Shown here in pieces: positions 10,340 through 20,773 of a DNA stretch of 64,000 bases (position 1 is the first letter of the stretch; each line of letters opens with the position of its first letter). Position numbers and translations under genes: made by a program. The stretch covers positions 672,001-736,000 of the forward strand of contig OY970178.1 of NCBI GenBank assembly GCA_963707915.1, read 5' to 3'. Under the pieces are notes generated by a model. It was not told the origin of the DNA. It worked only from the letters and a program-made list of their open reading frames with translations, and ran no database searches. Origin of the DNA: Candidatus Eiseniibacteriota bacterium (GTDB taxonomy: Bacteria > Eisenbacteria > RBG-16-71-46).

Positions 10340-11767
10340 ATGGCGCTCGACGAGAAGCGGATCGCCTCCATCGTGAGCGAGGTGCTGGAGCGCCTCGATT
10401 CGGGCCGGCGGGCCGGCGGCGGGGCCCCCGCGCGGGGCGCGCCGCTGGGCGTGCACGCCGATCTGGACCGCGCGGTGGAGGGTGCCCGCGCCGCGTTCAA
10501 GGCCTACGACCAGACCCCGCTCGAGACCCGCCGGCGCATCATCGCCGCGGCGCGGGAGGCGCTCTCGACGCAGTACGAGACCTTCGCCGCCCTGGCGGTC
10601 GAGGAGAGCGGCCTGGGGCGGGTCGAGGACAAGATCCAGAAGAACCGCCTGGTGACCGAGCGCACGCCGGGGACCGAGGACCTCGAGCCGGTCACCTGGA
10701 CCGGCGACCACGGCCTGACGCTGATGGAGCGGGCGCCGTACGGGGTGATCGCCGTCATCACGCCGGTCACGAACCCCAGCGAGACCATCATCAACAACGG
10801 CCTCTCGATGATCGCCGGGGGGAACACCGCGGTGTTCTGCCCCCACCCGTCCGCCCGCAAGGTCTCGATCCTGACCATCGACGTGATCAACCGGGCGGCG
10901 CTGCACGCGGGAGCCCCGTTGCCGCTGCTGCACACGGTGGAGCAGCCCAGCATCGAGGTGGCGAAGGCCCTGCTGAACTACCGGGGGATCCGCCTGAACG
11001 TCGTGACCGGCGGGCCGGGCGTGGTGAAGGAGGCGCTCGCCGCGGGCAAGAAGGCCATCACCGCCGGGCCCGGCAACCCGCCGGCCGTGGTGGACGAGAC
11101 CGCCGACCTGCAGCGGGCCGCGCGCGACCTGGTGGCCGGTGCGTCCTTCGACAACAACATCATCTGCACCGACGAGAAGGCGGTGGTCGCGGTCGCGATG
11201 ATCGCCGACGGGCTCAAGGAGGCGCTCGCGCGCGCCGGGGCCGCCGTGTTGCCGCCGCACCAGGTCGAGAAGTTGCGCGGCCTGCTGCTCGAGAAGGAGA
11301 ACGGTCCCCGCCACCACGCCGAGATCAACCGGCGCTACGTCGGCAAGGACGCGGGCGTGATCCTGCGCGACGCCGGGATTCCCTGCGACCCCCGCACGCG
11401 GCTGGCCCTGTGCGAGGTCGACGCGGACCATCCCTTCCTTTGGACCGAGATGATGATGCCCGTCCTGCCGCTGACGCGCGCGCGCACCGTGGACGAGGCC
11501 ATCGACTTCGCCCTGCTGGTCGAGCAGGGCAACCGCCACACCGCCTCCATGCACTCGCGCAACATCGAGAAGCTCTCGAGGATGGCGCGCCTGTGCGACT
11601 GCTCCATCTTCGTCAAGAACGGCCCCAACTACGCCGGCCTCGGTTTCGGCGGCGAAGGCCCCACGAGCTTCACGATCGCGAGTCCGACGGGAGAGGGCAT
11701 GACCACCGCACGCAGCTTCACCCGGGTGCGCCGCTGCACCCTGGTGGACCATTTCCGGATCGTCTGA
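10340..11767 (+). CDS. BMC-associated acylating aldehyde dehydrogenase (EutE/PduP family) with N-terminal encapsulation peptide
   Basis: Amphipathic N-terminus DEKRIASIVSEVLERL; TPGTEDL, PYGVIAVITPVTNP, VTGGPGVV, AGPGNPP, catalytic SFDNNIICTDEK, GEGPTSFTIASPTGEG...RRC. Confidence 0.95.
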   Translation: MALDEKRIASIVSEVLERLDSGRRAGGGAPARGAPLGVHADLDRAVEGARAAFKAYDQTPLETRRRIIAAAREALSTQYETFAALAVEESGLGRVEDKIQKNRLVTERTPGTEDLEPVTWTGDHGLTLMERAPYGVIAVITPVTNPSETIINNGLSMIAGGNTAVFCPHPSARKVSILTIDVINRAALHAGAPLPLLHTVEQPSIEVAKALLNYRGIRLNVVTGGPGVVKEALAAGKKAITAGPGNPPAVVDETADLQRAARDLVAGASFDNNIICTDEKAVVAVAMIADGLKEALARAGAAVLPPHQVEKLRGLLLEKENGPRHHAEINRRYVGKDAGVILRDAGIPCDPRTRLALCEVDADHPFLWTEMMMPVLPLTRARTVDEAIDFALLVEQGNRHTASMHSRNIEKLSRMARLCDCSIFVKNGPNYAGLGFGGEGPTSFTIASPTGEGMTTARSFTRVRRCTLVDHFRIV

Positions 11768-12315
11768 TGAACGTCGCCATCGCCGCCCTCGAGACCAGCA
11801 GCATCGCGCAGGGGACCGTCGCCGCCGACGCCATGGTGAAGACCGCCGAGGTGGAGCTCCTCGAGCTCGGCCCGCTCTCGCCGGGCAAGTTCTGGGTCCT
11901 GATCGGGGGTGAGGTCGCGACCGTCCGGGCCTCCTTCCAGCGCGGCGTCGCGGTGGCGGGGGAGACCCTGCTCGACTCGCTCTTCATCCCGCAGCTCCAT
12001 GAGTTCGTGATCCCCGCGCTGCGCGGCATCGCCCCACCGCAGGACCATGACGCGCTGGGGGTCATCGAGACGCTCAGCGCGGCGTCGGCCGTCGTGGCGG
12101 CCGACCGCGCGGCCAAGGCCGCCGACGTGGCGCTGCGCGACCTCCGGCTCTCGAACGGGATCGGGGGCAAGGGCGTGCTGTGGCTGAGCGGCGCGGTGGG
12201 CGACGTGCAGGCCGCCGTCGAGGCGGGACGGGCGGAGGCGCTCCAGAAGGGCCTGCTCGCGCGGGCGGTCGTGATCCCGCGGCTGCACCCGCAGCTCAAG
12301 GCGAGGATCTTCTAG
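11767..12315 (+). CDS. BMC tandem-domain shell protein (BMC-T, PduT-like)
   Basis: Two BMC domains (LETSSIAQG..AADAMVK; ALGVIET..AADRAAKAA; GIGGKG; VIPRLHP); TGATG coupling to the AldDH stop. Confidence 0.9.
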   Translation: MNVAIAALETSSIAQGTVAADAMVKTAEVELLELGPLSPGKFWVLIGGEVATVRASFQRGVAVAGETLLDSLFIPQLHEFVIPALRGIAPPQDHDALGVIETLSAASAVVAADRAAKAADVALRDLRLSNGIGGKGVLWLSGAVGDVQAAVEAGRAEALQKGLLARAVVIPRLHPQLKARIF

Positions 12316-12605
12316 TGTTCTTCGCGCGCGTCGTCGGGACCGTGGTCTGCTCCACGCGGGTCCCCGCCTGGACCGGCCAGCGCACGCTCCTGATCCAGCC
12401 GACCGACCCCGACGGCCATGACCAGGGCCGCTGGCTCGTGGCGGTGGACCTGGTTTCCGCCGCGCAGGGGCAGCGGGTCTTCTACGTGCGCGGCCGCGAG
12501 GCCGCGAACGCACTGGCCAACCCCGAGAACCCGGCCGACGCCGCCATCGTGGGCATCGTCGACGAGGTTCGCGCGCACGCCTGGACCGGCCCGGGAGACG
12601 CCTGA
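12315..12605 (+). CDS. BMC vertex pentamer (BMC-P, EutN/CcmL family)
   Basis: (M)FFARVVGTVVCS...LVAVDLVSA...GREAANAL...PADAAIVGIVD; GTG overlapping the upstream TAG. Confidence 0.9.
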   Translation: MFFARVVGTVVCSTRVPAWTGQRTLLIQPTDPDGHDQGRWLVAVDLVSAAQGQRVFYVRGREAANALANPENPADAAIVGIVDEVRAHAWTGPGDA

Positions 12606-12943
12606 TGTTCCTGGCCCGCGTGATCGGCGAGGTGGTGGCCACCATCAAGCACGGCGACCTCGCCGGCCGGAAGCTGCTCCTGGTCCAGCCGGTCACCCCG
12701 GCCGACGTTCCGACCGGCAAGCCGGCCATCGCCGTGGACGCCACGGACGCCGGCCCGGGCGACCGCGTGCTGGTCGCGGACGAAGGCAACATGGCCGCCC
12801 AGGTGCTCAAGTCCGCGCGGGGACCGGTCCGAACGGTCATCGTCGGGGTGGTGGACAGCGTGGAATCCGGGGAGGCCGCGGGGCCGGTCCCGGCCGCCCG
12901 GGGGCCCCGGCCGAGGAATGGGCTGCGCAAATCGCCGTCTTAG
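12605..12943 (+). CDS. BMC vertex pentamer (BMC-P, EutN/CcmL family)
   Basis: MFLARVIGEVVATIKH...IAVDATDAGPGDRVLVADEG...PVRTVIVGVVD. Confidence 0.93.
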   Translation: MFLARVIGEVVATIKHGDLAGRKLLLVQPVTPADVPTGKPAIAVDATDAGPGDRVLVADEGNMAAQVLKSARGPVRTVIVGVVDSVESGEAAGPVPAARGPRPRNGLRKSPS

Positions 12944-12980
12944 TGTAGATTACCCGGGTTCAGTGCCGTGTGAGGTGACT

Positions 12981-13190
12981 TTGCCGATCTACGAATACCG
13001 CTGCAGGGCCTGCATGCACCGTTTCGAGGCCCTGGTCGGACGACCGGGCGAGGCGGTTCCGGAGTGTCCGAACTGCGGAGCGTCACAGTCCGACAAGATG
13101 TTGTCCGCGTTCGCCGTGACCCGAGGGAGCCGCCCGGGCCCGACGGACATGTGCGGTTCCGCGGGCTGCGAGGGTTGCAGCAGACGGTAG
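12981..13190 (+). CDS. FmdB-family zinc-ribbon protein
   Basis: (M)PIYEYRCRAC...FE...CPNCGA...LSAF; TTG start with GAGGTG SD. Confidence 0.85.
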   Translation: MPIYEYRCRACMHRFEALVGRPGEAVPECPNCGASQSDKMLSAFAVTRGSRPGPTDMCGSAGCEGCSRR

Positions 13191-13269
13191 CCGTCCGGAG
13201 AGCCGCGCCGGACGCGCAGGACACCCATCGACCGGGTCGATGGGCGGGCAGGCACACGGAGGACCAGCC

Positions 13270-13578
13270 ATGACCAAGGCGGACCTGGTGGAGGAGATCG
13301 CGGTCCAGACCGGGATCTCGCGCAACCAAACCGCGGTCATCGTGGACCAATTGCTGGACGCGATGTCCCGGGCACTGAGCGAAGGCAGGCATCTCGAGAT
13401 TCGCGGCTTCGGCACGTTCAAGGTACGCGAGCGCCGCGCGCGGCGGGCACGGAACCCGCGCAGCGGCTGCGAGGTGCTGGTGCCCGCGAAGCTCGTGCCG
13501 GTGTTCAAGCCGAGCAAGGAGCTCAAGGCCGTTGTGCTGGGAGAGGTCGCCGAAGTCGCCGAGCCCGTACTGAGCTGA
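13270..13578 (+). CDS. HU/IHF-family DNA-binding protein
   Basis: MTKADLVEEIA...LEIRGFGTFKVRERRARRARNPRSG...VPVFKPSKELK; SD GGAGG. Confidence 0.95.
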   Translation: MTKADLVEEIAVQTGISRNQTAVIVDQLLDAMSRALSEGRHLEIRGFGTFKVRERRARRARNPRSGCEVLVPAKLVPVFKPSKELKAVVLGEVAEVAEPVLS

Positions 13579-13627
13579 TAGACACCGATCGCGGAATGCC
13601 ATCGGGCAAGGGCATGGAGGATGAGGA

Positions 13628-13723
13628 ATGGGGTCAGGCAAGAAGCGCAAGCGTAAGAAGATCGCAACCCACAAGCGCAAGAAGCGGCTCCGCAAGAACC
13701 GCCACAAGAAGCGGATCCGCTAG
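13628..13723 (+). CDS. Small basic ribosomal protein, bS22/mS38 (AURKAIP1/COX24) family
   Basis: Translates to MGSGKKRKRKKIATHKRKKRLRKNRHKKRIR* (31 aa); SD GGAGG at 13616-13620; below the ORF-track size cutoff. Confidence 0.85.
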   Translation: MGSGKKRKRKKIATHKRKKRLRKNRHKKRIR

Positions 13724-13784
13724 CCCCACGGAGTCGCCCACCCGACGCCTCATCGGCCGCGCGTACGTCACGCGCGGCCGATGG

Positions 13785-15494
13785 GTGTTCGACCCGGCGC
13801 GCCGCTGGCGAGGAGGCCGCCGGGAGCTGGTGTGGCGCGGGGACCACGAGCCGCTCGACGGCGACTGGTGCATCGCGGAGGTGCCCGACGAGGGCCCGGC
13901 CTTGCTGGTCGAGGTCCTCGGGGCGGACGACCGTCCGGAGTGGGACATCGCGGGTGTGGCGTCGCAGTTCCGGCTCCGCACGCGATTCCCGGCGGCCGCC
14001 GAGCGCGAGGCGCTCGCCCACCACGAACCCGGGGCCCGCGAGCGCCACGGGCGGCTCGACCTGCGGGACGAGTTGGTCTTCACCATCGATCCCGAGGATG
14101 CGCGCGACCACGACGACGCGCTCTCCGTGCGGGATCTCGGCACGGGGCGCTTCGAGGTCGGCATCCACATCGCCGACGTCTCGCACTACGTCGCGCCCGG
14201 CTCGGCGATCGACTGCGAGGCCCGGGCGCGGGGCACGAGCTGCTACCTGCCCGGCGTGGTCGTCCCGATGCTGCCCGAGGCGCTCTCGGGCGACCTGTGC
14301 TCGCTGCGCCCCGGGCGCGACCGGCTGGCCCTCTCGGTCCTCGCCGAGCTCGATCTGCACGGCGCCCTCTTCGGCTGCCGCTTCGCCGAGACGGTGGTCC
14401 GCAGCCGCCATCGACTCCACTACGGGGAGGTCCAGGCGGCGCTCGACCATCCGGGGACGACGGACCCGGCCCTGCAGCAGGCGCTGCAGACCATCCGGAG
14501 CATCGCCCGGGCGCTGCGTCGGCGGCGCGTCGCCGCGGGGGCGCTCGAGCTGGAGCTGCCGGAGGTCAAGGCCTGGGTGGACGCGCAGGGCGTACCGTGG
14601 AAGATCGAGCGCATGCCGCACCTCGAGAGCCACAAGCTCATCGAGGAGTTCATGCTGCTGGCCAACCGCTGCGTGGGGCAGGAGGGGGCCCGGCGCGAGG
14701 CCGGCCTGCTCTACCGGGTGCACGAGCCGCCCTCGCCCCTCAAGCTGGAGGCGCTGGACGCCATGCTCGGGACGCTGGGCCTGCCCCGGCTCGCGTTGCC
14801 GGGGCCCGGCCGGCACACGATCCCGTTCACCGACCCGGCCCGGCCCCTCCAGGCCCTGCTGCGGGCCCCGCTCGACCCGCCGCGGCGGCGGCTCCTGCAC
14901 CGGCTGGTGCTCCGTTCGCTGGCGCGCGCCCGCTACCTCGAGCGCGACCTGGGCCACTTCGGGCTGGCGGCCCGCGAGTACTGCCACTTCACCTCGCCCA
15001 TCCGGCGTTACCCTGACCTCCACAACCACCGCCGCGTCCGCGAGTGGATCCGGTCCCTTCCCCGGCAGGCCTGGGACCCGGTCGCGCTCGAGGCGCTCGC
15101 CCTCGGCTGCAGCGCCACGGAGCAGGACGCGACCGACGCCGAGCGCGAGGGCACCCGCGTCAAGGGGCTGCGCTTTCTCGAGACGCGACTCGGAGACCGG
15201 GGTTCGGGTATAGTGACCGGGCTGGTGCCGCAGGGGCTGTTCGTCGAGCTGGACGACGTCCCCGTGGAAGGGTTCGTGCGAGTCTCGCTGTACCTCGATG
15301 ACGAGTTCACGCTGGACCGGACCGGGGTCCGGATGGTGGGACGTCGGACGCGGCGCCGCTTCTCGCTGGGCGACGCGATCCAGGTCACCATCGCCCGGGT
15401 GGACGTGCCGGCGCGGGAGTGCGACCTTGCGCTGGAGGAGCCCAGGCGGCGCGGAGCGCGCCGGCGGGGCCGCAGCCGCGGTGGGAGGGAGTGA
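13785..15494 (+). CDS. rnr: Ribonuclease R / RNB-domain exoribonuclease (start uncertain; frame open from 13596)
   Basis: FTIDPEDARDHDDALS, HIADVSHYV, PMLPEALS, LIEEFMLLAN, YCHFTSPIRRYPDL; C-terminal S1 domain. Confidence 0.88.
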   Translation: MFDPARRWRGGRRELVWRGDHEPLDGDWCIAEVPDEGPALLVEVLGADDRPEWDIAGVASQFRLRTRFPAAAEREALAHHEPGARERHGRLDLRDELVFTIDPEDARDHDDALSVRDLGTGRFEVGIHIADVSHYVAPGSAIDCEARARGTSCYLPGVVVPMLPEALSGDLCSLRPGRDRLALSVLAELDLHGALFGCRFAETVVRSRHRLHYGEVQAALDHPGTTDPALQQALQTIRSIARALRRRRVAAGALELELPEVKAWVDAQGVPWKIERMPHLESHKLIEEFMLLANRCVGQEGARREAGLLYRVHEPPSPLKLEALDAMLGTLGLPRLALPGPGRHTIPFTDPARPLQALLRAPLDPPRRRLLHRLVLRSLARARYLERDLGHFGLAAREYCHFTSPIRRYPDLHNHRRVREWIRSLPRQAWDPVALEALALGCSATEQDATDAEREGTRVKGLRFLETRLGDRGSGIVTGLVPQGLFVELDDVPVEGFVRVSLYLDDEFTLDRTGVRMVGRRTRRRFSLGDAIQVTIARVDVPARECDLALEEPRRRGARRRGRSRGGRE

Positions 15495-16030
15495 TGCCGC
15501 AGAAGCGCAGCACCCGGAAGAAGGAGCGGCGCGCGACGGCGCGCGTGGACGCCCGGCTCAGCATGAGGCTCAAGGGCACGCGCGCGGACGGCGACCTCAC
15601 GCAGATCGTGACCGAGAGCCAGAACATCTCCGCGAGCGGCGTCTACTGCCTCTCGCCGCACTACCTGGCCCCGCTCTCGAAGGTGAACCTCGCCATCGTC
15701 CTGCCGCGCCTGCCGGGAGGGCGTGGCACGAAGGACATCATCAGCTCCGAGGGCATCGTGGTGCGCTGCGAGGCCTCGGCGCCGAGGAGCGAGGGCCAGT
15801 ACGAGTTGGCCTGCGTCTTCACCGAGCTCGACGCGAAGCGCCGCGAGCGCATCGAGGAGTTCGTGACCTGGCGCAACCTTCAGGCGTTGCGCGCGGCGAC
15901 CGGCAGCCGGGGCAAGATGGCCGTTCGCGCCCGCGTCGCGGCGAGCGGAGCGACGGCGACCCGCGCGAAGCGCGCAGGGTCCCGGGCGGGCGGCAAGGTC
16001 GCCGGCCGGCGGCGCGAGACCGCGCACTGA
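15494..16030 (+). CDS. PilZ-domain protein (putative c-di-GMP receptor) with basic C-terminal tail
   Basis: ERRATAR (RxxxR) and NISASG ([D/N]xSxxG) motifs. Confidence 0.8.
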   Translation: MPQKRSTRKKERRATARVDARLSMRLKGTRADGDLTQIVTESQNISASGVYCLSPHYLAPLSKVNLAIVLPRLPGGRGTKDIISSEGIVVRCEASAPRSEGQYELACVFTELDAKRRERIEEFVTWRNLQALRAATGSRGKMAVRARVAASGATATRAKRAGSRAGGKVAGRRRETAH

Positions 16031-16050
16031 CCGCGCCGGTCCCGCGGGGC

Positions 16051-17409
16051 ATGGCAGAGGCTCGAACGTCCGTGGCCCGTCCGCTCGTCGTCCATCCCGG
16101 TCCGCCCCTGCGGGGCGAGTTGCGGCCGCCCGGCGACAAGTCCATCACGCACCGCGCGTACATCCTCGGGTTGCTGGCCGAGGGCGAGACCTCGGTGCTG
16201 GGTCCGAACGCCGGCGCGGACTGCGAGGCGACGCTGCGCTGCGTCCGGGCGCTCGGGGCGCGGGCCGAGGCCACGGCGGACGCGGTGCGACTGCTGGGCG
16301 CCGGCGGCCGGCTTCGCGCCCCGGGCGGCGCCCTCGACTGCGGCAACTCCGGGACGACGCTGCGCCTGCTCGCCGGCGTGCTCGCGGCCCAGCCGTTCGA
16401 GGCGACGCTGACCGGCGATGCGTCGTTGTGCCGGCGCCCGGTCAACCGGGTCATCGAGCCGTTGCGCGCGATGGGGGCCACGCTGTCGGGACGCGAAGGG
16501 GACCGGCTGCCGCCGCTCGTCGTCCGCGGCGGGCCGCTGCAGGGCGTGTGCTTCCCGCACCCCACGCCCAGCGCCCAGGTCGCCAGCGCGATCCTGCTGG
16601 CCGGCGTGCAGGCCCGCGGTGCCACCGCGGTCCGGACCGCCTGGGGCGTTCGCGACCACACCGCGCGCATGCTGCGCCGGTTCGGAGTCCCGGTCGACGA
16701 GCAACTCCAGCCCGGCGCTTCCCGCCTCGTCGGCGTCGCCGGCCCGGCCCGGCTGCGCGGGTGCCCGGTGCGGGTGCCGGGCGACTTCTCGGCGGCCGCG
16801 TTCTTCCTGGCGGCCGCGGCCTCGCGTCCCGGGGCCCGGGTGACGGTGCGGGGGGTGGGCCTGAACGAGAGCCGGATCCAGCTCCTGGACACGCTGCGGG
16901 AGATGGGGGCCCGGGTGGAACTCGGACCGATCGGGGTCGTGGACGGGGAGCCGGTGGGCGAAGTCACCGTGACGGGGCCCGACGAGCTGCGGCCGGCGGA
17001 CATCGCCGCGGTGCAGGTCGCGCGCCTCGTGGACGAGGTCCCGGCCTGGGCCGTGGCGGCGAGCGCCGCCCGGGGCATCTCCCGGCTGCGCGGTGCCGAG
17101 GAGCTGAGGCTCAAGGAGACGGACCGGCTCCGTGCCCTGGCCGACGGCCTGCGGGCCCTCGGGGTCGACGTGGTGGAGTTCCCCGACGGGCTCGACATCC
17201 GTGGCGGCCCGGTCGGCGGGGGGCTGGTGCGTGCCTGTGGAGACCATCGCATCGCGATGGCGTTCGCGGTCCTCGGCGGCCGGGCCGGCGCCCCGGTGAC
17301 CGTAGACGACGCGGCCAGCATCGCCACCTCGTACCCCGGCTTCGTCGACGACCTGCGCTCGCTGGGCGGGCTGGCCGCGGAGCCGCCGGCGGACGGGGGG
17401 ACACGATGA
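16051..17409 (+). CDS. aroA: 3-phosphoshikimate 1-carboxyvinyltransferase (EPSP synthase)
   Basis: PGDKSITHRA, DCGNSGTTLRL, SAQVAS, RDHT, ELRLKETDRL, DHRIAMAF, TSYPGF. Confidence 0.95.
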   Translation: MAEARTSVARPLVVHPGPPLRGELRPPGDKSITHRAYILGLLAEGETSVLGPNAGADCEATLRCVRALGARAEATADAVRLLGAGGRLRAPGGALDCGNSGTTLRLLAGVLAAQPFEATLTGDASLCRRPVNRVIEPLRAMGATLSGREGDRLPPLVVRGGPLQGVCFPHPTPSAQVASAILLAGVQARGATAVRTAWGVRDHTARMLRRFGVPVDEQLQPGASRLVGVAGPARLRGCPVRVPGDFSAAAFFLAAAASRPGARVTVRGVGLNESRIQLLDTLREMGARVELGPIGVVDGEPVGEVTVTGPDELRPADIAAVQVARLVDEVPAWAVAASAARGISRLRGAEELRLKETDRLRALADGLRALGVDVVEFPDGLDIRGGPVGGGLVRACGDHRIAMAFAVLGGRAGAPVTVDDAASIATSYPGFVDDLRSLGGLAAEPPADGGTR

Positions 17410-18155
17410 CCTTCGTCGTCACCATCGACGGCCCCTCCGCCGCGGGCAAGAGCACGGTGGCGCGCGAGGTCGCCCGGCGCCTCGGAGTGCTCTACGTGGA
17501 CACCGGTGCCCTGTACCGCGCGCTCGCCCTCAAGCTCCAGAGGCAGGGCGGCTCGCCGGACCGGCCCGGGGAGGTGGACGACCTGCTCGAGGGGACGGTC
17601 CTGGACCTCTCCGGGTCGCCCGACGAACCGCACGTGTGGCTGGACGGGGAGGACGTGAGCGGCGAGATCCGCACCCCGGAGGTGAGCGAGCTCTCTTCGC
17701 GGCTGGCTGCGCTCCCGGTGGTGAGGCGGCGCCTGGTCCGGTTCCAGCGGTCCCTGCGCGAGCGCGGCCCCCTGGTGGGCGAGGGCCGTGACCTCGGGAC
17801 CGTGGTCTTCCCGGACGCGGAGGTGAAGATCTACCTGGATGCCGACACGCTGACCCGGGCCCGGCGCCGGGCCGCGGAACTCGCCCAGCGGGGGCTGCCG
17901 GTCCCCCTGGACCAGGTGGCGGCGGAGACCGAGCGGCGGGACCAGCGCGACCGCACGCGCGCGGACAGCCCCCTGCGGCCGGCCCCGGGAGCGATCACGA
18001 TCGAGAGCGGCGGCAAGGACGTGGAGACGGTCATCGGGGAGGTCCTGAGCGTGGTCCAGGCCGCGCCCGGCTGTCCGCGGCCCCCCCGTGCCGGGTCCGG
18101 CCCGGTGCCCCCCCGGGGGTCCGGCGGCGGTCCCGGGCCGGACCCGGCCGATTAG
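17406..18155 (+). CDS. cmk: Cytidylate kinase
   Basis: IDGPSAAGKST, DTGALYRA, EGRDLGTVVFPDA, RD..D..R..SPL. Confidence 0.95.
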   Translation: MTFVVTIDGPSAAGKSTVAREVARRLGVLYVDTGALYRALALKLQRQGGSPDRPGEVDDLLEGTVLDLSGSPDEPHVWLDGEDVSGEIRTPEVSELSSRLAALPVVRRRLVRFQRSLRERGPLVGEGRDLGTVVFPDAEVKIYLDADTLTRARRRAAELAQRGLPVPLDQVAAETERRDQRDRTRADSPLRPAPGAITIESGGKDVETVIGEVLSVVQAAPGCPRPPRAGSGPVPPRGSGGGPGPDPAD

Positions 18156-18163
18156 GAGTTTTC

Positions 18164-18811
18164 TTGAGCTGGCATTATAGTCTGGCGAAAGTCGTCATCG
18201 GTGTCGTGTTGCGTGCGGCGACCGGTTGGGAAGTGACGGGGCGCGATCAGGTCCCGCGGTCGGGGGGCCTAATCGTCGCTTCGAATCATGCTTCCTTCTG
18301 GGACCCGCCGCTGATCGGTGCCGTCCTCCCCAGGGAAGTGCATTTCCTCGCCAAGGAAGAGCTGTTCTCGAACCCGGTCTTCGGCGCTCTGATCCGAAGC
18401 TACAATGCGATCCCGATCCGCCGCGGCATGGTGGACCTGAGCGGGATGGCCCGGGCGGTCGAGACGCTGCGCCGGGGCGAGGCGATGATGATGTTCCCGG
18501 AGGGGACCCGGATGCGCGACGGCAGGCTTCACCCGGCGCGGCCCGGGGTCGGCATGATGGCGGTGAACGCCGACGTGCCGATCGTGCCGTGTTACATCTC
18601 GGGCAGTGGCCGGCCAGGCAGCTGGCTGCTGCGGAAGGTCAGGGTCCGCATCTCGTTCGGGCCCGCGCGGAAGTGGCAGGACCTGGTCGGACCGGGGGCG
18701 GAGCTCACGCCCGGACGCGCGCTCTACCAGCAGCTCGGGGACGCGGTCATGCGGGAGATCGCCGGCCTCAAGGCCGGGCAGGAAGCGACGGCATCACGCG
18801 GGGTGGTTTGA
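18164..18811 (+). CDS. plsC: 1-acyl-sn-glycerol-3-phosphate acyltransferase
   Basis: NHASFWD (HxxxxD), FLAKEELF, FPEGTR; cmk-plsC-rpsA context. Confidence 0.9.
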   Translation: MSWHYSLAKVVIGVVLRAATGWEVTGRDQVPRSGGLIVASNHASFWDPPLIGAVLPREVHFLAKEELFSNPVFGALIRSYNAIPIRRGMVDLSGMARAVETLRRGEAMMMFPEGTRMRDGRLHPARPGVGMMAVNADVPIVPCYISGSGRPGSWLLRKVRVRISFGPARKWQDLVGPGAELTPGRALYQQLGDAVMREIAGLKAGQEATASRGVV

Positions 18812-18852
18812 ACCGCCCCCTATCTTAATTGTTCAAGGAGGTTCTCATTCCC

Positions 18853-20667
<1,815 letters not shown>

Positions 20668-20773
20668 GCCGGGAACGCGCCTGGCCCGCGGCCAGGCGGG
20701 TGCGCACGAACCGGGCGGGGGGCGATCCCCGCCCGGTTTACTTCGTGCGGCTTCGAGTCCTATCCTGCCGCCC

